Assembly (NCBI GenBank): GCA_965261505.1
Contig: OZ253448.1
Span: 394,807-458,806, forward strand
DNA length: 64,000 nucleotides
Source of the DNA: Mycoplasmatales bacterium
GTDB lineage: Bacteria > Bacillota_I > Bacilli_A > Mycoplasmatales > Mycoplasmataceae
Reading direction: 5' to 3'
Shown here: piece by piece, positions 22,451 to 35,338 of the stretch
How positions within the stretch are numbered: position 1 is the first letter of the stretch
How the letters are laid out: every line of letters starts with the position of its first letter
The notes under the pieces: model-generated
What the model saw: only the letters and a program-made list of their open reading frames with translations
The model's database searches: none
What the model was told of the DNA's origin: nothing
Position numbers and translations under genes: made by a program

Positions 22451-22720
22451 ATGAGTGAAAATGGCATTAAAATAATGTGTGAAATGCGTGATTGTGAAAA
22501 TTTAGCAAGCTATAAAATAAGTGATAAGGCAATCCCTTTTCATACTTGAAGAAAAACAGTTTGAAGACATGTATGTAATGAATGCAACCCTGGATTTATT
22601 AACTGACAAAATAATAGAAAGGGAAATATATTTGTTGCTTTATTATTAGGCTGATTATTAGCAGGTTTCCTGCCTTTTTTATTATTTATATTTTTAGGTA
22701 GGTTAGTATTAACATTTTAA
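22451..22720 (+). CDS. Small Cys4 zinc-ribbon-like protein with C-terminal TM helix
   Basis: MSENGIKIMCEMRDCEN...VCNECNPGF...VALLLGWLLAGFLPFLLFIFLG. 89 aa with four TGA codons. Not in the ORF track. Confidence 0.5.
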
Positions 22721-22775
22721 GAAATGATTTAGGATAATTTTTTAAGATATTTATTCTAATAATTATTCGTACACT

Positions 22776-24554
22776 TTAAACTGCATATTTTTGCCTTTCA
22801 TTTAATAAATGATCATGTTCATCTTTAATGATTGTTAAATGACCTTTAATGTGATCCATCCGGTACTGATTACTGAAAGGAATATCAATTAAATAAGCCA
22901 CTTGGTCTAATGAACTCGCTTCTGCAAAAGCAAAATCTGCATATAAGTCATAAAAAATTAGTTTTTGATAAACTGCTTCAATTTTAGCCTGGGAACTATT
23001 AATTGTTCCTGCTTGATCAATAATAGCAGCATAACGTTCCAGTTTATTATTAAAAGGTAAAATACGGAAATGACTATCTAGTACTTTTTGTAAAGCAGGG
23101 TTTTTAGCAAGTCTGGCTTTTAAAATTGGAGCATAATAAAAGAAGTATTGTCCTAAAATAACCATTAAAATTATCGCAATAAAACTTAGTTGCACAAGAG
23201 CAAAAGGAAGGTCTTTTATGGGAGCTTTAATAATCCCATCATAAATAGTGACATACAAGAAGTAAAAAACAAAACATACCAAGAAAGGAAAAGCAATAAT
23301 TCAATAAGCTACTAGCCCATTGCTTATGTTTTTATGATGTTTAAACTTAAGGGAAATAGCAATTCCTACTAAAATAATATCTGCTACTAACACTAAAAAG
23401 ACTGTCATCGTTAGCATATCAGCATAATTAAAATAAGACTGCGGAAGCTTAGCCGCTCAAACAATAATGTCCGGTACGATTAAAAACATAAAGGAGCTAA
23501 AAATAATTGATCCACAGTAGAGTATTAAATTACGTTTACAAGTTCCGTTTCCATCTTGATGACTAAACCAAGGACTAATGTAACCTTCTCTTGAAAACAT
23601 CCTTAAAGGAGCCTGAATATTATAATAAGTTAATTGCATCCCATTATTAATTTTAGTAGTAAAAATAGTCACCAGCATCACAATTGCTCCTAATCATTTC
23701 AGGGTGTTATTATTTAAACGGTTAAAAATTTGAACATTAGGGTTTGGTCCAAAACCAGTACTAATTATTGTTCCCATCATTAAAACTGAAACTACAATGT
23801 AAAACAAAATAGTAGATCATAACACTAAAAGAATCACAATCGGCATGTTTCTTTCCCCATTTTTCATTTCTCGTCCTACCATGACAAAAGCTTCTAATCC
23901 TAGCATTAAACAAAAAGTAGGAAGCAAGACCCCTAAAAAACTTTTAAAATTAATTTGTGTGTTATTAGCCATAATCACAAACCCTTGTCCTTTTTCACTA
24001 CCAATAGCATAAATAATCATCACCATTAAGATCAGAGCGGCTCCTCATTTGATAAATAAGTTTCCATAAACCATTTTGCTTATTCATTTCAGTCCTACAA
24101 TTACTAAGCAACAAATCAAAAGATAAATTAAAATTCCCATGCCGTCTAGTAAAAAATCAGTTTTATAGCCTCAGTCCACATTAAAAGGAGCAGAGGTAAA
24201 ACTTGCTCGCATTAAAGCAATAACCTTACCAATGACAGCCACAGGAACAGACATGTACTGAACTGCCATAATAAAAAAGCCTCAGAAACGTCCCATACTA
24301 GTACGAGCATAAACATAAGCTCCTCCGTTGGTTTGCCGATGATGTTTCCCTAATTTTAAATAAGCAGTAGCAATAGCACCAACTAGGACTCCATCTAATA
24401 ATAAAATTCAAACTATGTGCCAGCCTATCCTGTATCCTTGTCCGTTAGAACCGAAAAAGAAAGTGGCAAATGCTACTGTAAAGGTAAAACCACAAATGAA
24501 ATTGAAGGCAAACCAAGTCATTTGGGCAAGTGATAGTTTTTCTTTTTTCTTCAT
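22776..24554 (-). CDS. APC-family amino acid/polyamine permease with soluble C-terminal extension
   Basis: Start MKKKEKLSLAQMTWFAFNFICGF at 24554. Track ORFs 23817..24026, 23457..23681 and 22776..23282 are all in frame (1779 nt). The last ~120 aa are hydrophilic. Confidence 0.85.
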
Positions 24555-24647
24555 GATTAAGAAATTTTATAATTAAATTGTTTTCACAGGTTATTATAAA
24601 CAAAAGACTTAATAATCAATACTATTTACATTAATTTAAAACAAAAA

Positions 24648-24674
24648 ACAACCCTTTTTTTTATAAAGGGTTGT
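24648..24674 (-). terminator. Rho-independent terminator after rpsR
   Basis: acaaccctt ... aagggttgt is a 9-bp stem. On the minus strand ttttgtttt follows. Confidence 0.6.
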
Positions 24675-24705
24675 TAATAAAGATTAATTAATGATAAAAC
24701 TGAGC

Positions 24706-24957
24706 TTAATCTCTTACATAAGGAATTAATGCCATCTCTCTAGCTAGTTTAATTGCTTTTGATAAACCTCTTTGGTGTTTAGTACAAGTTCCTGTGAAAC
24801 GTCTTGGAGTAATTTGAGCATTATTTAAAGTGAATTTCTTTAAAACATCTAGGTCTTTGTAATCCACATAATCCATTTTCTTTTTACAGAAATAACAAGG
24901 GCGATAAAAAAGGCGTTTTTTATTACGTGACCCTCTTCTTGGAAAACCTAATCCCAT
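24706..24957 (-). CDS. rpsR: 30S ribosomal protein S18
   Basis: ..CYFCKKKMDYVDYKD...ITPRRFTGTCTKHQRGLSKAIKLAR.. Intact ORF. Confidence 0.95.
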   Translation of the reverse strand: MGLGFPRRGSRNKKRLFYRPCYFCKKKMDYVDYKDLDVLKKFTLNNAQITPRRFTGTCTKHQRGLSKAIKLAREMALIPYVRD

Positions 24958-25424
24958 AATACACTGTCCTTATTGTCATCAGCAAAAGTAGTTTTTACTT
25001 CTGCCTTGTTATTACTATTATTGTTTTGATTAAAACTGCTTGGGGTAGGGTTTGCTCCTGGAGCAGAATAAGGTTGACTATTAGAAGGACTAGGATTAGA
25101 AGCCCTAGCTCCTTTTTTGTCTAGAAAGATTATTTTTGAAGCAGAAACTTCTACTATATCAATCGCATAGCCAGAATTTTGCGTAGGTCCTTTACGAGTT
25201 GTTAAATATCCGTCTACTAAGACTAAAGAACCTTTAGCTAGATATTTTGCTACATTTTCTGCTACTTTGTTTCAACATACCACTGGTATAAAATCAGTTT
25301 TTTCAGACGCTCCAAAACTATTACTACAAGCCACAGTTAAAAAGCAGAAATTTTTATTATTGACACTTGTTTTTAGTTGAGGGTCTCTTGTTAGTCGCCC
25401 TACTACCGTTACTTTATTAAACAT
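24948..25424 (-). CDS. ssb: Single-stranded DNA-binding protein
   Basis: MFNKVTVVGRLTRDPQLK... OB-fold N-terminus followed by a low-complexity tail. In-frame TGA codons. Overlaps the rpsF stop (ATGTTTAA) and the rpsR start. Confidence 0.88.
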
Positions 25425-25929
25425 TTTTTTGAGTTTTTTCAGTTTTTGTTACTTCTTGCTCTTCAGCCTTTTCTTCTTTAACTTTAGGTTCTTCTGGAGT
25501 TGTTTCAGGATTAGTTCTTGGTCTAAAGTTAGCAGGTCTTCTTTTATCAGATTGGGTAATGCGATAATAAGAACCACGTACCCGCATAAAGTCTTCATCT
25601 TTTAATTCAGTTTTAGCAAACTCTAAAGATTGTTCATATTTTTTATGCTTAGTGGTGTTAATAATCAGGATGCGATAAATATCTTTAGTTAAGTTCACAT
25701 AATTACGCAGTTCTGCAATGTTATTAGTTGCTGTTTCTACAATTAACAAATGGTAAGAGCCTTGCTTGGTTTTTTGGATAGGGTAACTAAATTCCCTAAT
25801 GCCAAAGTCTTTGTCTGCTACTACCTTCCCAGTTTTATCATGGGTAAGGATGTTCAGAATTTTTTTATGAATATCTGGAGCCTTTTCTAAATCAGCTGGC
25901 AAAATATACATAATTTCGTATAAGATCAT
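25417..25929 (-). CDS. rpsF: 30S ribosomal protein S6
   Basis: MILYEIMYILPADLE... followed by an acidic/lysine-rich tail. Intact ORF. Confidence 0.95.
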   Translation of the reverse strand: MILYEIMYILPADLEKAPDIHKKILNILTHDKTGKVVADKDFGIREFSYPIQKTKQGSYHLLIVETATNNIAELRNYVNLTKDIYRILIINTTKHKKYEQSLEFAKTELKDEDFMRVRGSYYRITQSDKRRPANFRPRTNPETTPEEPKVKEEKAEEQEVTKTEKTQKNV

Positions 25930-25946
25930 ATTTTTTTGGTCTAGCG

Positions 25947-25967
25947 GCCTATTTTTTGAAAATAGGC
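25947..25967 (-). promoter_or_regulatory. Hairpin in the rpsF 5' leader
   Basis: gcctatttt / ttg / aaaataggc is a 9-bp stem that ends 18 nt upstream of the rpsF ATG. Confidence 0.25.
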
Positions 25968-26211
25968 AAAAATTAGTAATAAATTATTTACTTTCTTATT
26001 TTATATTGAATTTTAAAAAATTAAATAGTTTTTATGATTTATTCCTTGCAAGATTAATTTAATTAATTAATATAAGTAAGTGGATTAATCTAATCAGTCT
26101 AAACTTTTTTTATTATTTAAAAATTGTAAAATGTTTCATTTTCAATCCTTAGTTGATTTTTCGCATGAAATAGACTAATCTCTCCCTTAAACAAGAATTG
26201 GATAAAAATAA

Positions 26212-28053
26212 TTATGAAGCAGTTTTAAATTTAATAACACTTGTTGTGGCAAATCCTGCAGTAGGGGAAGCATCATCTTTAATGTTAATTTTAACTGCTG
26301 TATAACCCTTATTGTCAAGGCGTGTACCGTACATTATAGAAATTTGGCTTAAATCTCATGTTGTTAATTTAGGAGCTTCTGTTTGTAAGGCGGTTTTAAT
26401 TTGAGCATCTATTGTACCCTTTCCAGTTGTGCCTGCAGGACCTTTAATATTAATATCTTTATTAGTAATATTAGTAATAAGGGTTTTAATTTCATTAGCT
26501 GTACGATGAATGATGACATTAGTGAGCATAACTTTTGTTTGTACAGTTCCATCTTTAATAGTATCCGTAAGAACATTAGGAGTTTCTTCCCCATTTAATG
26601 CTATAGAACCTGATGGCATTTCAATGTCCATTTTCTTGAAGTTATTTAATGTTAGAGCAGGATTAGCTTTTATTAAGGCTTGTTCAATAGCATCAAAAGC
26701 CCTATAAAAGTTAGTACTAGTCCCAGCAGGGGTTGCAACGACTAAAGAGGGTCCTATTTTATCACTTATGTGATCTACATTAAATTGATCATTGTTAGTA
26801 GCAAACCTGCGTGCTTCAATAGTTGTTGTTGCAGATCCAGGTTTTGAAGCATCATCTTTAATTTTGAGCGTTACATTAGCTTTAATTCCTTCTTTAGAAA
26901 AGCTGATTGATGACTTATCATCCATACTAAGTTGAGTTTTATCTCAGGTGCTTAACTGAGGATTATTAGCTTTAACTTTGTCTAAAATTAAGCCTGGATT
27001 TACTCCTGTTAAATCTGTAACATTGCTTACAAAAGTCGCAGTCAAACGCCCTGCTTCAGTTATTTTAGTTTTAATTTGGTCTGCTGTGCGATGAATGCGA
27101 ACCTTATTTAATAATAAGATTGCAGTGCCTTTTGATGATGATGATCCAACGATTATCTTAACATTAACAGAATTATTTACCTCTCCACCAGTTAAAGTAA
27201 AGGTTCCTCCAATTAGTTTTATTGCTTTTAGATCATCTGCATTTAAAGCAGGGTTAACTTTTTTTAATGCTGTTTTAAAAGCAGTGTCAGAATCACTAAG
27301 AGTTGTACTTGAACCAGCTGGTATAGATACCACTAATTGTGACCCTATTTTATCCCTTATTTGATCTGCTTTACATTGATTAGTACTAGAACTAAATCTA
27401 CAAGCCTCAATTCTTTCTATTACAGGTTTTGAATAAAAAGCATCATCTTTAATTTTAAGCCCTACAAAATATATTTTTCCTTCTGTAATAAATGTTTTAT
27501 GAGAATCAGGAACCATACTAAGTTGGTTTAAGTCATAAGCACTTAACTGAGGATTATTAGCTTTAACTTTGTCTACAATTAAGCCTGCATTTTTTGATGT
27601 TAAGGTCTTATCAGTACTTACAAAAGTTGCTGAGAAACGTCATGCATGATTTATTTTCTTTTTAATTTGGGCTGCTGTAGCATGAATCTCTATATTTAAA
27701 TTTACAGAAGCTTTATAATCTTTAATTTGAATATTTGCTTTAACAGTATTGGCTTGTTCATTGTCTTTTAAGTTAGCTTGATCGATAAAGATGTTTTCCA
27801 TTTCATCATAATTTAAGCCATTATTTTTTGCAACAGTTGTTAAAATGGCATCATAAGTATCTTGATAATAAGTATCTGGATTAGTTCCAGCTCTTAAAAC
27901 TACATCTTTATTTTTAATTTTATTAGCTAACTCAAGGGCTAAGTTTGCGTAAATTCCTGTAATTTTAGCCAGTTTTGGACCACATGCAACCACAGTAGTT
28001 CCTGCACTACCTACTAACGCTATTGCACCAAGTAAACTTAATATTTTTTTCAT
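26212..28053 (-). CDS. Multi-repeat lipoprotein (modular family)
   Basis: MKKILSLLGAIALVGSAGTTVVAC. Track ORFs 27640..28053, 26944..27516 and 26356..26925 are in one frame joined by TGAs. TAA at 26212-26214. Confidence 0.85.
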
Positions 28054-28111
28054 ATTGCTACTTTGTTTTGCTTATTACTTTTTATTTTTAAGATGATTTT
28101 ATATTAACAAA

Positions 28112-28179
28112 ATTAGTTACTGAATATATTGATTTAAATAACCAAAAACAAAAAGGGTTGTGATAACTAGGTTAATCTA
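28112..28179 (+). mobile_element. Degenerate solo right end of the IS3-family element found at 57368..58646
   Basis: attagttactgaatatattgatt (23 nt) is identical to 58508..58530. It then continues taaataac...gataactaggttaatcta, compared with the IS tail taaataac...gatcaactaggctaatcta. About 68 nt are deleted internally. Confidence 0.6.
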
Positions 28180-28198
28180 AAGCTTTATTTAAAACTTT

Positions 28199-30739
28199 TT
28201 AAAGCCCACATTTTAATTGAACATTACAGTTACTGCAAGTAGAACAACCTCCTGAGTTAACCATAGTGCCTTCTCCACACATAGGGCAAACATCTCCTAC
28301 ATTAATCCCTTTTGAGCGATCTTGGTTCAGCCCTCTTAAAATCACTTTTTCCCCTAGTTTTTTTACTACTTTTTCATCATCTTCTGGAGTACTTTCTGGG
28401 TGTAACCCAAAGTCTTTAATAGTAGGTTGGGCAATCGCATCATCTTCTTTATCTAAAGATAACACTTGTGAATCACGAGAACCATCTACATAAACCGTTC
28501 CTCCCTTAGCTCCTTTGTCATACAGTTCCATGTAAATAGTTTGCACATCTCGTACAGAATAACCTTTAGGAGCATTAACTGTTTTAGAAACAGAAGAATC
28601 AATTCATTTTTGAATAGTACAATGCACTGCTACATGTTTTTCAGGACTTAAATCCATCGCAGAAACAAAAATATCAGGAAGGTCTTTTCCTTCGTACTCA
28701 GGATGAAGGGCTAATCATTCTCTAATAATTGGAGAAACTACTTTCATTTTGTTTCCTAAACGACCAGAACGTAAATAATTAAAAGCAAAGTATGGTTCTA
28801 GTCCTGTAGAAAGACTCATTAAAGTAGCAGTAGATCCAGTAGGAGCTACAGTTAATAAGTGAGAATTCCGAATCCCTTGTTTTCTAATGAGATCTCTAAT
28901 TTCTCGTTTCATTTTTTTCATAAAGCCAGTGTTAACAAATCTTTCATTATCTACTAAGAAGGGGAAGGAACCTTTTTCTTTGGCTAGGTTACTAGAAGCT
29001 TCATAAGCTGTTTCACAAATAAATTTAAAAAGCTTATCTACTAATTGGTTAGCTTCATCTGAACCATAACAATAATTAGCTCAAATTAGCATATCATGTA
29101 GTCCCATTACTCCCATCCCTACTCTTCTTTCGCCTTTAGCTTGTTTTTCATTAACATCAAAAAAGTAAGAAGTAGCATCAATAACATTATCTTGCATTCT
29201 TACCATCACTCTAATGGTTTTTTCTAATTTAAGCCAAAGGATTTCATGGGTTTTCTTATTGACAAACTCAGATAGATTAATAGCAGCTAAGTTACACACA
29301 GACCATGGAGCAAGGGGTTGCTCTCCACAAGGGTTAGTAGCTACTACTTTCATATCATATGCACTAGCATTAGTCATTTCGTTAGCTCGATCTATAAAGA
29401 AAATACCAGGTTCTGCAGAATAGTTAGCACAAAAAGTAATTAAATCTCATAAGTCTCTAGCTTTCATTGTGTAGTAAGTTTTGACAGCAAAGCCTCTTGC
29501 TTCTCATTCTCTGACATCACCACTTTTTTCTCATTCTTTATCGTATGTTGCTTTTTCTTGACTATTATAGCTATCTAAATCAGGATATTTTAAAGCTCAC
29601 ATTTTGTCTTCTTTAACTGCATGCATAAAATCATCACTCAGCAATACGGAAATGTTAGCTCCACTTAAAAACTCAGGGTTGTTAACAACCCATTCCCCTT
29701 TTTCGTTCAGTTTTTTTTGAGCAGAAGCGACAATGTCACTATCAATGTTGTTTGCATTTTTAACAATTGATTCACAAATAGCCATTTCTTTTTGATCGTA
29801 GTTCTTAAAACTAATTTTTTCTCTAACGGCTTTTTTGATCATTTCATCTTTAGCATTATCTTTTAGTCATTGTAAAACAAGCGTGTTTTGCATTTTAGAA
29901 ATGACAAAATTAATAATATCAGGATGTCAATCAGCAAGCATAATCATTTGGGCTCCTCTTCTCGAACCTCCTTGTTGTACTAAATGGGTTAAGGTACTTA
30001 AATCATGTAATCAAGAAACAGCTCCAGAAGAACGACCTCCTACTGATTTAGCTACTGCTCCCTTAGGACGTAAAGTCGACCCATTGCTTCCTACTCCTCC
30101 TCCATGCGACATAATCTCCATTACTTGACGACGGTGTTCTGCAATTCCATGACGAGAGTCATTAAACAAAGGCATAACAAAACAATTTAAAAGCGTCACA
30201 TCTGCGTTACTTCCTGAACCAAACAAAACTCTTCCAGCAGGAACAATTCTTTTACTAATCATTTCTTCACAAAAGATTTTTTGAAAACCGACAATGTTTT
30301 TAAAGTTTTTTTCCATACTAGCTAAAGCAGAACTTACTCTAGTAGCAATTTGTTCATAAAAAAGTTCTAAGGGTTTGTCTAGATTATTAATCAGTTGTTT
30401 AATGACATTTTTAGAACCAGCTACTAAAAAAGCAGGGTCAATAAAAGGAGCATATTCCTCTTCAATTAAAACATGAGCATGCTTGTTAGCATGGTCTATT
30501 TTAATAACCTCTCCAATTCCTCTCGTCGGGAATCATCTGTCATCTTTAATAATGGTTAAAACTACATCTCCTTTTGCCAGGGTTCTTAAGGTTTCATCTT
30601 TTTGTGAGTAACGATCAAGCATGACCATCCTTGCTATTCCTTCATATGTCATATGAAAGTTTGGTTCAATCGTAGTAAGATGGGGGAAGTTTTGTTTGAT
30701 ATTTTGGTTAAGGTTTGAAATATATTCAGGCTTATACAT
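28199..30739 (-). CDS. nrdJ: Class II (adenosylcobalamin-type) ribonucleotide reductase
   Basis: Six track ORFs share one frame (2541 nt). ..ATNPCGEQPL.. active-site loop, ..TVAPTGST.., and a C-terminal Cys cluster CPMCGEGTMVNSGGCSTCSNCNVQLKCGL. Confidence 0.88.
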
Positions 30740-30828
30740 AAGAGGTCTTTTCTTTAAATAGTTATATAAATTATTTTATTCTGTAAAATAAATATTAATA
30801 GAATTTTTGTTAAATTGAATTAAATAAA

Positions 30829-31029
30829 TTGATTTCTAGTTCAACCACTGTTTTTATCATCCTAGCAGCCATTGCTTTTTGTGCTCCTTTTTTTATTTGA
30901 GCTATTTTTAGGTTTTTACATAAAGTAAAGGGGATTTATCGCTATTGACATAAGTGGTTTGTAATTAGTGCTTTTATGCTTGGTTTATTATTATTTATAA
31001 CTTTTTTATTACTGGCTATTTTCACTTAA
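30829..31029 (+). CDS. Possible small two-TM membrane protein
   Basis: TTG-initiated 66 aa hydrophobic ORF with two TGA codons. No homology support. Confidence 0.25.
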
Positions 31030-31040
31030 ACTAAGCAAGC

Positions 31041-32147
31041 TTAAGCCTTCCGAAAGGCGTAAATTTTTTCTGGAAGCATATCTAGGGCTATTTGTAATTC
31101 ACATGTATCCTTTAAAGTTCCTAAATAATTTCTTAAGCCGATGTTTTTAATTTTTTTAGTAATGATTTGAATTTCTGCATGGTAGTTTTGAGAACTATCA
31201 TTCAGCATTACTACATCTCCAGGTTCAAAGTAGGTTTTATCACATAAACGAACAGGGATACTTGTTTGTTTATATTTAAGACGGCTTCATGTAGAACGAA
31301 TCACTAAATCATTACTATCTAGCCTTTTAGTATGTACCTTTTCATCTAAAAGAATCTCGGTTTCTAAAGGAGTAATCTCAGAAGCTAAAGTAAGATACAA
31401 AATAACTTTTGTAAAATCAAAATTAGCTAGAGCTTTAAAATCTGCTTCATTTAAAAATTGTTCTGCTACTCAAACAGCCCCACATCCTAGAGCTTGTAAA
31501 TGGCGAGCTTGAGTAGTTAAAGGTCAATCACGATGCATTTCTAAACTAGGCATTTGATCACGATATGCTCAAGGTCCATTCCCCTCGTGTTGTAAAGTAA
31601 TAAAGGCTTGATAATCTATTTTTTTTGCATGATTAGCAATAAAAGTTTTAAACACAGACAGTTCTGTTGCAGTATAACGCTGAGGGTAAAAGTTTCATAA
31701 AATTAAACTTTTCTGTTCTAAACTTAAATCTTTAGTCACAAAAGCTAAATGTTCTTCTGTAATGGCGTTAGGTAAAATAACTAAAAAATCTTGATTAGCT
31801 ATTTCAACTAGTTCTTTAGTTTGTTCTCAATTTTCAATCACATCTAATCTAATCCCTTTTAATTTATGCTTTACAAAGAAGGCTTTAACATCTGAAGCCC
31901 TACTTTGCTCTAAAGCATGGTTTTTTAAAAAATTAGCATCAATATCTGAGTACATAGCAAGGCCAGCTTTGTTACTTATTGATACTAAATGAGCTAATTC
32001 TGCTTTTTGGGCAGGATTGGTTAAATCACACCCAATTAAATTGGTAAAAACTCCTGATACATTGATCGCTTTACATTTACTAAAAAAAGCACTTAAATTA
32101 AAACTAGGATGAATGAATTTCGGATAAAGAGAAATAAATAACTTCAT
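31041..32147 (-). CDS. DUF871/MupG-like putative phospho-sugar hydrolase
   Basis: Track ORF 31827..32147 extends through TGAs to TAA 31041-31043 (1107 nt). The size, the TIM-barrel-like N-terminus and its position last in a PTS operon fit the DUF871 family. Family assignment is from memory. Confidence 0.65.
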
Positions 32148-32156
32148 AAAAAATCT

Positions 32157-32519
32157 TTAGGGTTGTTTTTTTTCTAAATCTAATATTCTATTTTCTAAGG
32201 CTTGAAGTTTTTTACTTTGCTGCATAATGTTTGCTCCTAAATCAATAAAGGTTTGAGCACTCATCATAATGTCTTCTGCGTGTAATAACAGCATAGAAAA
32301 GGGTAAAACTTCTTTTTTCGCTTCTTTTTGAACTAAAGTCATATGAGCTTGTTCTGCTTCTACTAAGGATTTTTCTGCTTTCTTAATCAGATCCTTATAT
32401 TTATCAAAATCATATTCTAAAGCAGCTTTAATAGCTAAAATAGCTTTTGACTTAGCTATTCCTGCATAAGAAATGATAGTGAAACTAATTTGTTCATTAT
32501 CTTTTATTTTTGTTTCCAT
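32157..32519 (-). CDS. PTS lactose/cellobiose-family EIIA
   Basis: ..ISYAGIAKSKAILAIKAA...AHMTLVQKE...LLLHAEDIMMSA.. helical EIIA(Lac/Cel) pattern. Intact 120 aa. Confidence 0.88.
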   Translation of the reverse strand: METKIKDNEQISFTIISYAGIAKSKAILAIKAALEYDFDKYKDLIKKAEKSLVEAEQAHMTLVQKEAKKEVLPFSMLLLHAEDIMMSAQTFIDLGANIMQQSKKLQALENRILDLEKKQP

Positions 32520-32565
32520 ATGATTACATTATAAGCTAAGGTTGCTAAGTAAAAGTATTATCCTT

Positions 32566-34419
<1,854 letters not shown>

Positions 34420-34490
34420 AATTCCTTAATAAATTAAATAAAATTGTATTTAATGTAATAATAAATAAATATCAAACTAATTTCAATATA

Positions 34491-34688
34491 ATGACGATTT
34501 ACTTTTATTTTATTTTTGTCCCAATTGCTATTTTCCTTTTTATATACTTGTTTTTTAACATTATAGAAAAAAACTTTCATCATTATTTTTTTTATAAAAA
34601 TAAAATTTTATTGATTAGTGGAATTGTTTGTCTGATTTTAGTAATAATTTTTTTAGTGCTTGGGTTTACAGTAGGGCCGAAAGTATAA
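34491..34688 (+). CDS. Possible small membrane protein
   Basis: 65 aa with two hydrophobic helices. No other support. Confidence 0.3.
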   Translation: MTIYFYFIFVPIAIFLFIYLFFNIIEKNFHHYFFYKNKILLISGIVCLILVIIFLVLGFTVGPKV

Positions 34689-35336
34689 TTAAGTTTTTAA
34701 GTGTCTAGCCTGAGCGTTAAATCGGTTAATTTTTTTAATTCTTGTTTGCAAATTAAGGATCGCTACATCTAATTTAGTTTTTTGTACTTCATTTAAAACT
34801 AAAACCTCTTTTTTAAGCATTAAAATTTTAAGGCGAAAATTTAATATTTCTGCTTTTAAAAATCTCCCTGCTCCATAACTATCAAGCGGTCCTGTTTTAG
34901 CTTTTTTATTTTTAAGCAATACTTTATAAATAATTTTTGTTTTATTAGCTTTTTTGCTTACTAAAGTAAAACTCTTACTTATTCAATGATAATCAGTATA
35001 TCATTCAATAGAAATTTGAGAAGGTACCCTGTAATTTTTTAAATGCATAATTTGATGATGATTATTTTTATTACTTCTTAAAAATAAATCCGCCTTTAAT
35101 TGGTTAACATCAATTCTAGCATTAACATCTTTAATTAATAATACTACCAAGGCTAAAAACAATTTATTTTGTTCTGCTTTAATAGTATGGGCAATACTAG
35201 CAGTAACATTTCGAGATGCTTCACTAAAGTGAGAATGATAAACCTTTTCAAAAAAAGCTTCCTTAGCTTTCTTAAATTGGGTTTGGTATAATTTAATTTC
35301 TGCAGGATTTTCAATGAAAACAGGTTTTTGTTTCAT
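34689..35336 (-). CDS. Hypothetical protein
   Basis: Track ORFs 35001..35336 and 34689..34919 share a frame joined by TGAs (648 nt). The start lies 2 nt after the stop of the upstream lipoprotein gene. Confidence 0.6.
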
Positions 35337-35338
35337 GC

